Under the pieces are notes generated by a model, which did not search any database, was not told the DNA's origin, and saw nothing but the letters and a program-made list of their open reading frames with translations. Both the position numbers and the translations under genes were made by a program. Positions 38,275-51,313 of a stretch of DNA of 64,000 nucleotides are shown here, one piece after another. Position 1 is the first letter of the stretch, and every line of letters begins with the position of its first letter. Origin of the DNA: Cenococcum geophilum (taxonomy: Eukaryota); assembly GCA_050273025.1 (NCBI GenBank), contig CP158635.1, forward strand, positions 27,962,001 to 28,026,000, read 5' to 3'.

Positions 38275-39290
38275 CAGACACAGCCTTACTTGGTATATAA
38301 TTTAACTCTTATATTAAGTTTAGAGTTAATAATAGGATTATATTTTAATTATAATATTAATAAAGTTACTTAAGAGTTTTAATTAAATACTTTATACTAT
38401 TTATTACCTAATAATATACCTATAGTATATAGTCTCCGTAATCCTAAAGGTCTTATCTCCTTAAGGATTCATCTCCTCTATAATTTATCCTATTCCTATA
38501 ATTATACCTTATAGCTCCCTATCTATAAAGTTCCCTTATAGTAATAGATTAATATACTATACCGCCTTTAAACTACTTATACTATACTACCTGTACTATA
38601 TTAGGTAAAACCTAAGTAGATAATTATATAGCTATAAGGTATAGGCGACTTAAGGACAACTTAGAGGTAACTCGCCTATAAGGTATATACGCTATACGTA
38701 TATAGGGAAAACCCTTCCTTACCTTATACTTAGACTCTTCCTTTTACCTTAAGGATTTGTCTATTTATATAACATACTCTATTATTCTATTAGTTGGACT
38801 CCCTATCTATATCCTTACCTTATACAGCCTGTGAAGGCTCCAGTGTCCCCCCCCCTGTGTGCGCGCGCAACACACACAGCAATTTCGGTAATTACTAGTT
38901 AAGTGCACCATCCAGCATAGATACTGTGCGCCTGCCAAAAGGGCTGTGCACCCGCAAAAAAGGCAAAGCCTTCAATCTTTTAAGCTTAATTACAAGAGTT
39001 AAACTTGAAATTCTCTAGTGCGTACGAAGCGAAATTGCTGTGTGTGTTGCGCGCGCACACAGGGGGGGGGACACTGGAGCCTTCACAGGCTGTATTAAAA
39101 ATTAAAGAGGTAAGTAAAAAGCTAGCTAAGCTCTCTATAGGGAACGTAGGCCCTATATAGTCTATATTTAACTAAATAGTAAATAGTCTTAGTCTTTTAT
39201 AACGGGGTACAGATAATCTATTAAAGCAGAATCTCGATTTCTTACTACAATCCTTGCATTTTTAGAAATAAATTAACACTACCCTTTCCT
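38275..39290. mobile_element. AT-rich RIP-degraded repeat relic, family not identified
   Basis: Abrupt TpA-rich composition with no ORFs; hosts the MITE at 38825-39092. Confidence 0.7.
38825..39092. mobile_element. MITE, 268 bp, perfect 63-bp TIRs, TA target duplication
   Basis: TA|CAGCCTGTGAAGGCTCC...AATTTCG (38825-38887) is the exact reverse complement of 39030-39092, which is followed by TA. Confidence 0.96.
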
Positions 39291-39664
39291 ACGGACCGAC
39301 AATTGTTCAGCTCCTGCTACTCAAACGTATTGACGGACTATAAATAAGGAATATAAGGGAACGTACAGCAGTTTAGTCAACTTTGCGTTAATAGTGGCGT
39401 GTTGGAAAAAGGTCAATCTTTGACTTTTCAGTATGCTTAGGCCATCTCCACCGGAAGCACATTCTTTTGCGAGCGAAAGGATAAACAAAAAAAAAGAACT
39501 AGCTAGATAAAGCACGGCGTTGGATAGTATGCCTACACAAGCGTCTACTCTTTGTAAATTTGTGATAAACTCAAGCATCTATCTTTGTAATAGAATCGGT
39601 GGGCCCCATGTAAGCGGAGTCTGCGGGAGATCCGGATTCTAAAAGTACACTCGTAAGTAATTTA

Positions 39665-40631
39665 TCATAAAAGCGGTAAGAAAAGAATTACGTCGTCAAA
39701 TTCCGGGATATAATCAGCGTTTTCCGTCCCGAAATCTAGAGTTTTGGCTAGATCGCCATTCCAATTTGTGTACGTGCGCGTACGGTGCTGTCTTCTGCAC
39801 CATAGGCATCGGATATTCCCCGTTCGTGGCGGACGCGCTCCGCACGGACAGAAGAACTATCGCCATGTTATTATTTCGTTAAACTGTCAATTACTTGGTC
39901 GAGCTGGAGAAGAAAGAACCCACTGCTCTGTCGTGTTGATGATCACCAAGTACCATTCCATCTCCCTCCGTATCGTCGCCATACTTAGTGAAATTCTTAT
40001 AGTACCAGCCACTCTCCTCTATCTCTTTGTACCTGCATCGTAGACAGATCCAGCGCGTGTACTGGTCACATTCGCACAATTTCCCTTGCATGCATTCCTC
40101 AACGCCCTCGTCACAAGAATTACAGTAGCAGATGATATTTACACTAGAGTAGTCTGGCCGCAGATGCGGCCGCCTACTAGACATGTAACTAGGATCATCC
40201 CTAACACGAGGAACATACCGGCATTCCTAGAGAAATTGTTATTTTAATACAAGAACGTGCTGGCAAGAACATGTAACGAGTGAAGAATCTACCTCGCACA
40301 CATTGATGCCGCACTTGATGCAGGGAAGTCCGCCCTTTTCATCACACCTGGCGTTGAAAACGCGCACTTCAATCTCTTCTTCGTAGGATGGTCTCCCAAA
40401 CCGATATGGGCAGCCATTGTAAATTCCAGAGAAGGACTGACGAGCTCTAAGACCGGAACCATCACATAAAGCTACTCTGCGAAGCTTTTCGAAGATATTT
40501 TCGGATTTTAAGATAATTTCATAGAGATCTGAGCAGGCGAGAGCGGTATGGTAGAGGTCAATTGTGCTTAAATGTTTCGCGGTCAGCTCTAGCAGCTGGT
40601 ACTGCGAGAGCAAGAAAACGAGGTTGAACAT
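39665..40631 (-). CDS. Cys-rich hypothetical protein, about 3 exons, weak F-box-like N-terminus
   Basis: MFNLVFLLSQYQLLELTAKHLSTIDL..., CIKCGINVCE/ECR, CNSC, CECD..WICLRC and FCPCG..RCLWC joined by plausible GT-AG introns. Confidence 0.65.
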
Positions 40632-41629
40632 ATCTTGAACGGAGAATAATTTTAGAAAGGAATGACTGCTGAATTGAATATTTTTAGATAACGACATTTG
40701 GGGAAAACTCGCCGAGAGAACTTTCATCCATACCCGAAGAATTGCCGAAACGTAGACTACGATCACGTGTGCTTGTGCAGACTTTTTTTGCAGTGCATGT
40801 CCTCCCATTTGCTCCACATTAAAAGCAATGGGGTAATAGTGAGAAAATTCGAGCTGGGGATATGCAGTCTTCGCCCAGAGTGGTGAAAAGTCACTGCGCT
40901 TTTTCAACACCCATGTCTTCTGGCTTTACTTAATATCCCGTATTTTCACGACTCAATGTAGTAAGAATGTCATATCATAGCACTTCGGAAGGCTAGGCTT
41001 GTCCAAGCTCTTGTATGAATGTTTGAGAATACTGTGAGATCAAGGAAACGATGGAGCGGTGTAATTTCGAATCTTGTCTGCTTGATCACCGATCCCATGC
41101 ACACAACCGACCAGGTCTTTTAGTACGCGAGGTACCCCGAATCTAGATATCAAGAGAGGGGGGAAGTGCACACCTATCATATACCTTATGTCAATGTAAA
41201 TAGCAAAATCGCTTTGCGGGAGCAATAGATTTTCGACGTTGAATCGATGGCAGATTTGGCAAATGAATTGGCTGTGTAGAGCCGTCGTTTTCTCGGTTTC
41301 TATACATGAAGATATTGTATTGGTCCTGGAACAATGAGAAGTTTTAAGAGTGGTCATCGAATGCTCATGACTGATCCGATATCCCATGGAGGAGGTGAGG
41401 TGGTTGATTGGGGTTGTGATGGGGAGCAGTGAAACCCTTGGAACCTGCCGAGATGCCTCGGCACCGAAGCACGTTCACTACCTAGGTAGCTTTGGGTACC
41501 TCCCGCCATCACGCCAGCTACTGTAGACCCCTTCGCCTCCTCTCCTGCTGAAGATGTGACCCGGATCAATTCTCGTTCTTATTCTCTTCTATCCGCTCCC
41601 TTTTACCCTAGATTCTCATACCAATCAAT

Positions 41630-43762
41630 ATGGCAGGTAAGTTCCTAGCTCCATTCTCTACGTATTTACTTATACGAGCTTCGACTAACTCCTCAGTCAG
41701 CCCTCCCAATCCCCCTTCCTCTGGCCGTTCCGGCTGCTGCTGCCTCCCTGGCCTATCTTAACGCCCGTTTCGCCTTCTCCTACGACTGGTACCTCCTCTC
41801 TACCTACATAACTGGTACTATTAATTCACTCTTCGGCGAATATCGCGATAACACCAACCTCTTCTACGTGCTCGAAGACCATGCCTTGCACCGCACAAGT
41901 TCGAACAACGCCTTCCTTATCCACAATGGCAGGCAGTGGACGTATCGGCAAGCCTATGATACCGTCCTCAAGTACGGGACGTGGCTGAAGAACGAGCAAG
42001 GAGTGAAATCAGGCGAGATTGTGGCGATAGATTTCATGAACAGCGATGTTTTCATCTGGATCTGGCTTGGACTGTGGAGCATTGGCGCGAAACCAGCGCT
42101 GATTAATTACAATTTGACTGGGAAACCGCTGTTGCATACTGTCAAGACGTCTACCGCGTGTCTCTTGTTGGTCGATGTGGAAGTGAGGAAGAAATTTTCG
42201 GATGATGTGATGGCAGAACTTGCGTCGGCTGACTTCCGAGGGGAGGGCAAAGGTGCTATTAGGGTGATTTTTGTGGATAGAGAGCTCGAGGCAAAGATTG
42301 AGGCCGGAGAAGGGATCAGAGAGCCAGACGAGGCTAGGGCTGGACAAAAGCTGCAAGACATGGCGATGCTGATTTATACGAGTGGAACGACTGGCATGCC
42401 TAAGCCAGCTATTGTGAGTTGGTCCAAGGCTACCGTGGGAGGAAGATTTGTTGCTGGTTGGCTACCATTGAAGAAGACGGATGTATTGTACACTGTAAGT
42501 ATACCTTTCCTTTATCCTTTCCTTTCTATAACTTGCCTCTTGCATGGGATTTGCCAGGCAAAGCAGCCGAACTGTGGATGATTGACAATTACTAGTGTAT
42601 GCCCCTCTACCACACCTCCGCCTCCATACTCGGGCTCTGTAGTACCCTGCGTGCTGGTAGCACACTAGCTCTGGGCCGACGCTTCAGCAACTCGACCTTC
42701 TGGCCCGAAGTGCTTGCATCGGGCGCAACAACCATCCAGTATGTGGGCGAAACCTGCCGATACCTTCTCGCAGCACCTCCCTCACCCCGCGACACGCAGC
42801 ACAAAGTGCGGCTGGCCATAGGCAACGGCCTGCGGCCAGACGTTTGGAACACGTTCAAGACGCGCTTCAACATACCAATTATCTGCGAGTTCTACGGCGC
42901 CACCGAGGGCCCGTCGGCCATATGGAACCGCAGCGTCAACGACTTCAGCGCGGGTGCCGTCGGGCGCAACGGGTCCATCGCCACAATGTTGCTGGGCTCC
43001 TCCCTCACCATCGTGCGCATGGACCCGGACTCAGACCCGCCCGTGCCACTGCGTGACGCCGCCACCGGCCTGTGCCAAGTCGCCGACTGGAACGAGCCCG
43101 GCGAGCTGCTCTACAAGCTGGACCCGGCGAACATCGAGCGCAAGTTCCAGGGCTACCTCGGCAACAGCACGGCCACGCGCAGCAAGATCCTGCGCGACGT
43201 GAGGAAGAAGGGCGACGCGTGGTTCAGCACGGGCGACATGCTGCGCTGGGACCGCGAGGGCCGCTGGTGGTTCGTCGACCGCATCGGCGACACGTTCCGC
43301 TGGAAGGCCGAGAACGTGTCGACGGCTGAGGTGAGCGACGTTGTCGGCACACACGACGCCGTGCGTGAGGCCAACGTCTACGGCGTCCTGGTGCCAGGCC
43401 ATGACGGGCGGGCCGGCTGCGCGGCGGTCGTGCTGGACGAGTCTGCATCCCCGAAGAAGGACGGCGCTGATGAGAAGGCCGATGCCCTGGCACTGCCGTC
43501 GCAGTCGGTGTTGCGCTCGCTGGCGGCCCATTGCACGTCTAATCTGCCGCGGTTTGCCGTGCCGCTTTTCTTGCGCTTGACGAAGCAGATGCACACGACA
43601 GGCACGAATAAGCACCAGAAGCATTTCTTTCAGCAGGAAGGCATTGATGTGGAGAAGATCGAGGCGAGTGGCGATAAGATGTACTGGTTGCGCGGAGACG
43701 TGTATGAGCCGTTCAACCTTGCGCAATTGCAGGAAATCAGGGGTGGACAGGTGAAGTTGTAA
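41630..43762 (+). CDS. FAT1: Fatty acid transport protein / very-long-chain acyl-CoA synthetase, 3 exons (41630-41636, 41701-42494, 42596-43762)
   Basis: IYTSGTTGMPK AMP-binding motif, EFYGATEG and the FATP signature DRIGDTFRWKAENVST. Confidence 0.93.
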
Positions 43763-44859
43763 GCAGAGCGTTGTACATGCAAGAGGTTTGGGAGGCGGCG
43801 CAGTGGGTGAATATCCTGCTATATAGTTTGCGATTCATGCATATGTTGAAGTAGGGGACAATAGCGCCGTACATGAGTCGGACCCAACTGTGGTAGGTGT
43901 ACGAATACGGGAGTTTTCCTTTCTCTATTTCCTCTCACACAGATACCGCGGATTTTCTCGTCCTTTGGATTTATGTTATGATATAAATATTGTCTTACCT
44001 ATCTCAGACTCCTCATGCTCAATCCCATTCTCGCGATTCTTCCGTCTCTGAACCTCCGTAAATCGCCCAGCCTTTTCGTCCGCCCTCAATTTCCCTAAAG
44101 ACGGCATCCCGCTCGAGCACGCCCCCGGCATCTCTACAAGCGTAGCAGAGAAACACCTACGGGAACATTCATCCAGCAGCACTCACACACCCAGGAGCAA
44201 ACCAAATAGGTCGTTCGGGCACCACGAGGTTTTCTATATGGCTATAGCAGACCAGAATCTAACAAATCGATCTCTTTCATAGCCTAGACTCCGAGCTAAG
44301 CACGGTGACACATCAGAACCGGGGAGCGGGGTCGGAAGGAAGGAACAACAGAAGCACATCAGCAGCGCTAAGGCAAGGGCTGCACTAGATCCAATCTGCG
44401 TCGTGCACGAATATCTGACGTTATTGCCACGCCAGGGTGCGCAATTGGATCCTGCAAATCCTATGGCGCGCACCTCACTCGAATGCAAGCCTTACAAGTG
44501 GCGTAGCACAAGGGGCGATGGTCGCACAAGCAGGAGTTTAAATCAACGTCGTCGCATTCGGCTCTAACGAACGTCCCTGATACCAGGCGTGTGGCGCTTG
44601 CGGCTCTCTTTCTCTCTCTTTCTCTCTCTTTCTCTCTCTGATCTCGTAAAAATGCGTTCACGCAAAGCATTAATCAACGTGCGCGAATTCTCGCCAACAC
44701 GCCTACCTTAACCCCGTCGTCCTTCCATTTCCATCATCGTCGTCATCTACCTGTAAAGGCGGTCCTGAATCACAAATGCCACGCCATGCTAAAGAATGTC
44801 AGACAGCCAGCTCAGAAGCCTCTGTTGGAGAGGAGAAAAGCGTAGAGGAAGACGACAAG

Positions 44860-46910
44860 TTATGAGCTGCGCTTGCCGTAAGGCTCGAAAGGGAAGATTG
44901 CGGACACAAAGGCCATGACGATGTAGAGGGCTGCGCAGATGTAGATAGGGACAGGGGTGTTGGTCTGTTACCGTTGTCAGTAATTTTTTCAAGTGAACTG
45001 CTCTGCCGGTGCTTTTAAGACTAGACGTCTTTTAGGCAGGTCACGCTTCTGGAATACCGGTTCAGAAGGAATATAAGAGAGCAGTGTAATCATCCAAGAT
45101 TGAGCCAAGAGGAAGGGAGCATCTCACATTCGCGACTGTCGCAATAACCGCGCTCAAAATGCCCATAACGCGATTGCACCCAATTGCAATTCCATTACCG
45201 GTGCCTCTATGAGCACTCGGTAGCACCTCAGGCGTATACGCATACAGCGTCCCGTAATAAATATTCAGACAAAAGCTGATGGCACAATTAAAGCCGAGAT
45301 TCTGCGCCTGCGAGCGGACCTGCGTGTACGCAAAGAAGAAGGCCATAGTGACCAGCGCGCCAATTACCATCGTGTACTTGCGGCCCAGCGGCGTCGCGCA
45401 CATGTAGCCCGCCAACACGGGACCGAAGATGCCGCACATGTTGACGATAGCGTAGTTGCGCCACGTAATGAAGGCGCTCGTTTCCCCAAAGTCCGCGCCG
45501 CGGGATGCGAGGTAGGACGGCAGGAAGACGTTGTAGAGCGGGTAGGCGAGCCCGATTAGTGTCCAGGAGAACCAGATCAGTGTTGTGCTCAGCCCGATTC
45601 GCTTTGTCGCATACAGTCCCTTCAGGTGCACCAAAACCTCCGCGAACGAGAAGCGCTGGCTAGCGTGTGCCACAGAGCCGCGGCGGCCTGTGTTGGTGAA
45701 GCCGCATGCGACAAGCTGTTCCAGGGTGAGTGAGCAGGGGCGGTTGTATTTTGTAGCAATGGACTGTAGCGTTTCAACGCATTGCTCGTCGCGGCCTTCG
45801 CCGATGAGGAATTTGGGGGTTTCTTTGAGCCGGATGACAGTGACTCGGAGGATGGACATTACGAAAACCAAAGCGCCAGACGCAAACCAGACGTAACGCC
45901 AGCCTTTGTTGTTGGAGTAAGTGCAAGGCGCTGCATTGGGGTCGATTGATGGATCGCTACAGCTATAATTTGGGAGGAACGCCCAGGCGAAAAGGCCTGC
46001 TATTAGCTGCCCAACTCCTGGAGAGATCGCATGGTTAGTGAATGTTTCGAGTGTCCAAAGTGGAATTCACGGCATATAGGGGAGCTCGGCTGAGGGTGAG
46101 ACCATTGGGAATTTAGGAGAGAGAGCGTACCCCACCAAGCCGCCATCAGCGTCAGAAGCCACTGATCTTTGCTAGGTAAATACTCCAAAAACACAGCCGT
46201 ATCCAAGACCAAGTTCCCACCTCCACCAAACGCACTCAGTGCCACAAACAGACCTAACACAATCCAATTTGGTGAGCTTCCTGCCACAATCGCAAAAATG
46301 GAGCAGATTATCAATGAGACGTTGAAGGCGAATTTTCGTCCGATAATGTCGGCGCTCAGGCCCCAGAATAGAGCTCCGACAAGCATACCAACATACACGG
46401 CGATTGTCATGCCACGTTTGTAGGAGGGGTGGAATTCGAGAGCAGCTTGGCCAGCAATGATGGATTGGATGAGGAGGATGAGGGAGTCGACAGCGTAGCT
46501 ATAGACGGTATGAGTGAGTTGTGAGAGTGCTATGGGAATGGAGAGGATAATTGGAGGATATTGAGGGTAGGTGAGGCCAAATTAAATGGGAATAATACCC
46601 AAAGCCGTTGAGAACGAAGAGTTTCATTTGATATCTGGTGAAGCCGATTTCGTCAATTGCCTGATAGTCGGTATTGAGGTTAGCTCATAGACGTGAAAAA
46701 CGCGGCAGTATAAGACGCCGAAAGTTTGGTCTATTCTCAAGCAACAAATGCAGTAGTACTGACATTGTTCACTAAATGCATCTTCGCGTTGAGAACCGGG
46801 TCGGTATGCTCCAACTGCAGGATATCTCCCTTCCCAAACGATTCTGCTTCAATCGACGCCCTCTCCAGATCTGCAGCCCCGCCTTTTTTGTCATCTAGAT
46901 TCGACGCCAT
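44860..46910 (-). CDS. Major facilitator superfamily transporter (SV2/sugar-porter-like), multi-exon
   Basis: GFTRYQMKLFVLNGFG/YAVDS, motif A-like ADIIGRKFAFN, GGGNLVLD, ETPKFL and YTPEVLPSAHRGTG; several hydrophobic segments. Confidence 0.9.
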
Positions 46911-47859
46911 TGCGCCTTTTCCTTTGGGTGAGGTAGTCTGTCACGGTGTCGCTGGTTTTTTGCGAGATTCAAAAAAGGGCACCCAAAATTCTTTTTATGG
47001 CTTTTTAACCTCGGCTTTAGGATCGCGGGGGGAGGTGAAAGAAAAACAGTCGACTGTTCAAGGCGACCGGGGAATTAATTAAGGATTCGGCGGACGTCAA
47101 CGGCGTCGCGGATGGCTTGGTGGCTGAACGGCGGGCTTGACGGAATGTCTGGGCGCGATAGCACTCAGCTTGACACCTTCCCAAGAGCACACCTCCCAAA
47201 CACGCCAGCAGGGCGGTGGTTGCTCTTATACACGGACATTTGCCCACCAACAAATGTCAGCCCAGATAGCTCGCGGACGATACGACGGTATTGCAGGACA
47301 AGGTGGGCACGTGGGGTACGCGATCGCTGCATGCAGGAAATTAATCCTGGGGAGGAGCCATGATCGACTGGCACCCCGGTCTCCGCGCCGTCTTTCTTGG
47401 TCGTTCCCTGTGAGGACGAATTGGATCGAGGAGTGGGCAGTTGGTGAGCTGCAGGATAGTTGCTTAGATATGAGAGGCGGGCGACGGTAGGATGGTAGGA
47501 TGGTATGCATGAGTAGTCAGGGTCTGGTGTTCAGGTGGAGGAGTGAGGTATGGCAGCACGTGAGATGCACCCTGATAATTATGTCATTCTGTGAATCTAG
47601 AGAGCTAAGATCTGTCCATCTTCGATGATCTGGAGCTCTTTATACCTTGACACTTCAGTATTGCTGACAGCGTGGGTTTCAATAAGCGAATATTCAGCCA
47701 ATAAAATATCGGCATTTGCCAATATTTGCAGCGCCAATATTAAATATTCGCAATAGTTTAGACCAAATTATTATAATAAAAGTATACTTATTCTAAAAAG
47801 AAAGATTATATAAATTATTGGCATATATTGGCAGTTTTTATAATAGTATTTTAATTTCT

Positions 47860-48590
47860 TGCCTGCACAAAGCTCTGCGCAAAGCTCTGTGTACAAAGGC
47901 TCTGCGCGAAGCTCTACAGAGGCTCTGCACGAAGCTCTGCGCGGGGCTCTGCACGAAGCTCTGCGCGGGGCTCTGCACGAAGCTCTGCACGAAGCTCTGT
48001 ATGGGGCTCTGCACGAAGCTCTGCATAAAGCTTTGCACGAAGCTCTGCTTACGGAGGCTCTGCACGACGGCTTTGCACGAAGCTCTGCTTACGGAGGCTC
48101 TGCAGGACGGCTTTGCGTACGACAGTTCTGCGTACAACGGTTCTGCGTATGACGGCTCTACTACAGAGACTCTATATAAAGCTTTGTGTAGATTTTCGTG
48201 TAGAGCTTCGTGCAGGGCTTCGTGCAGAGCTTTGTGCAGAGCCTCCGCAGAGCTTCCCGCGGAGCCTCCGTATGTAGCGCTTCGTGTAGAGCTTTGTACA
48301 GAGCTTCGTGTAGAGCTTTATACAGAGCTTCGTGCAGAGCTTCGTGCAGAGCTTCGTGCAGAGCTTCGTGCAGAGCTTTGTGCAGAGCCTCCGTATATAG
48401 AGCTTTATTTGTATAGAGCTTTATATAGAGCTTCGTATAGAGCTTCGTGCAGAGCTTTGTGTAGAGCTTTGTGTAGAGCTTTGTATAGAGCTTTGTATAG
48501 AGCTTTGTATAGAGCTTTATATAGAGCTTTATATAGAGTCTCCGTACATAGGGCTTCGCGATTATAGGGCTTTTATATATAGAGCCTCTA
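47860..48590. repeat. 12-bp minisatellite in inverted arrangement (forward ~47860-48110, reverse ~48190-48590)
   Basis: GAAGCTCTGCAC units followed by GTGCAGAGCTTC units; same unit as 6601-7162. Confidence 0.93.
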
Positions 48591-49198
48591 TATAGTATAA
48601 TAGCGTTTAATTAAAAATATATAACTACTTAGCTAATAAATATAAATTTTAAGTATTAAATTTACCTTATTATACTTTTAAATAGAGGTTTTATCTAGCT
48701 TTAGATAGCTATATAGTTTCCCTCTTATATATATACCTATATAGGCCCACTATATAGACCTTAATAGGAGCTATAATAGCGTAATTAAATATCTTATCTT
48801 ATCTTATACTTCTAAATAATATTTTATTTATTTATTTATAAAAGCTTATTAATATTTTAGATATAAATATTTATTTATTTAACAAATAGGTATATTATTA
48901 TTATTATTTATTACTTAATATTTAATTTAGATCCCTATTAGGCCAATATAGACTACTCCTTATATATATATAGGGAGAAAACTCTATTTAAGAAAACCCT
49001 ATAATCCGTCTCTTTGCCTTTTAAGACTCGCCTATAAGTTGTCTATAAGTTACTTATAGTACTCTACTACCTTACTTTTTAATCTTCTTAGGAACTACTA
49101 CTGCCGTAATAAGCCTATAGATACGTTAGTATTATTTACTTTTAAGTTAATTAATTAAATTATATAGTAACTTATAAAGTAGTATATAAACTAATTTA

Positions 49199-49454
49199 TA
49201 TTACGGCGCTAGTAGAAACTAGTAGATTATAGCTAGTAGATATTAGTAGATTATGGCGGATAATTATAGATGGTTTTATAGTTTTATATAGTTGCCGTTA
49301 TATAACTATAGGATTATATATAACGTTTAAGCGGCGCCACCCTTTATCCCTTTTTCTTTCTTTAGCTTTTGATCCTCGTTTATAGACTACTAATTATATA
49401 GGCTTACGCGTCCCTCTTACCGTACTCGTGCCTTAATTAACTAAGTCGCTAATA
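49199..49454 (+). mobile_element. Solo LTR related to Gypsy family 1
   Basis: Starts TATTACGGCGCTAGTAGAA and ends ...CCTTAATTAACTAAGTCGCTAATA, matching both ends of 5083-5283. 5-bp TSD ATTTA at 49194-49198 and 49455-49459. Confidence 0.9.
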
Positions 49455-50339
49455 ATTTAGCTACTACTACCTTTACTTATTACCTATACCTACGCCTATA
49501 AAGCTATATTTTATATATAGTATGCAGTAATTACTTATTAGTTTTTTAGTAGAAAATTAATATTATATAGCCCTACCTTTTAATAAACTTATAGATATTA
49601 TTAAAAGTAAGGCTTATATAGTTATATAGCTTTAATAGAGGTAGATTAAAAGCTATAGTAGATATAGGGAAAATAGAGTAAATATAAGGTATATAATAGT
49701 TACTTGCGGATATATATAATATTTTAATATAAAGAGAAAGAGAAAGGATCTAAGTTTATTTAGGTGGGTAGTATATATATATTATTTAGAGGGTATATAT
49801 ATTATTATTATTAATTATTATTTTATGTCTAATGCGGTTCTCTTATAAGTCTATATAAACTACTACCGTAATATAGATATAAAAAACCTCCATAGGGAGA
49901 TATAAGGGGTAGTACTTTAGATAGTATCCGTACTATATTAACGGGAGAAAAAGTACCTTTTAGGTCGCTAATCTAAGACTCCCGTACACATACGCGTATA
50001 GGAGTATTCTAATTACCTATCTTGCCCTATTTACCGCTCGTACTATACTTCCTAATAAAGTTAAATTGCCGTATAGTTTTATATGCCTACTCCTTACTCC
50101 CCTAATTACCCTATATATATATATACGCCTAGGTCCTTCTACTTATAGTATAATTTCTACCGTAAAGAAGCTAGCGGGATAAATATAAAACTAGGTATCT
50201 TATCCTAGGGCCCTAACCTAGGTCCCCTATATATATCTATAGCTAAAGATATAGAGGAAGACGAAATACTATATAGGTAAGTCTAGGCTATTAGGTAAGG
50301 TAGGGAATAAGAGGTTTATTATAGACTTCCTAAGGCGTA

Positions 50340-50536
50340 TATATATGTGTTTAGCCGCCATGCCGTATACGTTCGGTTACACCGTATACGTCTAATCCGT
50401 ACGCGTTCGGTTATATACCATTACGCTTAGTTATAGCTGTATACGTTTAGTCTATATGTGTTTGGTTACGCTGTATATATTTAGTCGCAGCGCTGTGCCG
50501 TATAGGTTTTGCCGTATATATAGTTATATACCGTAC
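50340..50536 (+). repeat. Degenerate ~19-bp tandem repeat (CCGTATACGTTCGGTTACA-like) inside the hAT relic
   Basis: Recurring CCGTATACG/TCGGTTA motifs. Confidence 0.65.
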
Positions 50537-51313
50537 GGAAGGGAGAAAGGGGTAACGCTGGTTTAGATGCCGTAGTTTAAGTATACTAGACTTATACGAA
50601 AAGACGTAGTAGTGCTCGTAGGCCTCCGCTAGGGCTCACCCTCCCAGTAAAGACTTCTTCACACCACCACGTCGCAGCGCCGGCGCTGCGCAGCCGTACG
50701 CACGTCTCTGCGTTTGCTCTAGTAGCCTATTAGCACGATCTAGATAGAACGCCAAAAGCTATATACTAGGAAGAGGGTATATAACTAGCAGGGCCAAAAT
50801 TTGATGGGGTGCCAAGAAGATCTGCAAATATTATAAATATCGCCAATACTCGCCAATACTCGCCAATATTGATTAGTAACAATATTGATCAATATTATTG
50901 GCAGTATTGATATCGAAAACCACGCTGATTGCTGATGCAAGTGGTTACTGACAAGCTTGACAAGCTTGACAAGCCTGCGCATCTGCGGGAGGAATATCGC
51001 AAGTCTAATGCATTGCGATCGAGTCTCCATACCCACAGGATGGCAACCAATGGGGAAACATAGTCACCCACGTGTTAGCGAGTCTTATTACCTACCTACT
51101 TGGTACTTCACCAACTCTTAAAGAGGCTTAACTGTCTTTTTAGAATTTAAAGGGTTTACAAGACTACATGGAACACCCTGCGACGGAATATCGCTGAGTT
51201 TAACTATGTAAAGCTATGAGCCGAGTGTTTACTTAGAGATGGGTAGCACTATTCGTTCTGTGAAACAAGCTTGGTACTAGGATATTTGGCGTTTACTATA
51301 TTGCTATCTGCTA

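Larger units (their letters stand above)
47668..50927. mobile_element. hAT-superfamily DNA transposon relic (3260 bp including a nested solo LTR), RIP-degraded
   Basis: TIRs CAGCGTGGGTTTCAATA and TATCGAAAACCACGCTG (2 mismatches in 17). Exact 8-bp TSD ATTGCTGA at 47660-47667 and 50928-50935. Subterminal GCCAATA repeats at both ends; interior AT-rich with no intact transposase. Confidence 0.93.

Noticed and set aside
42607..43726. Many overlapping antisense and alternate-frame ORFs in FAT1 (also in COX10 and CAC2)
   Set aside because: Shadow ORFs caused by high GC at third codon positions; no recognisable motifs.
48600..50340. Transposase remnants on the minus strand of the hAT relic
   Set aside because: Only vague similarity after mental de-RIP; no diagnostic motif was readable, so not called as a separate feature.
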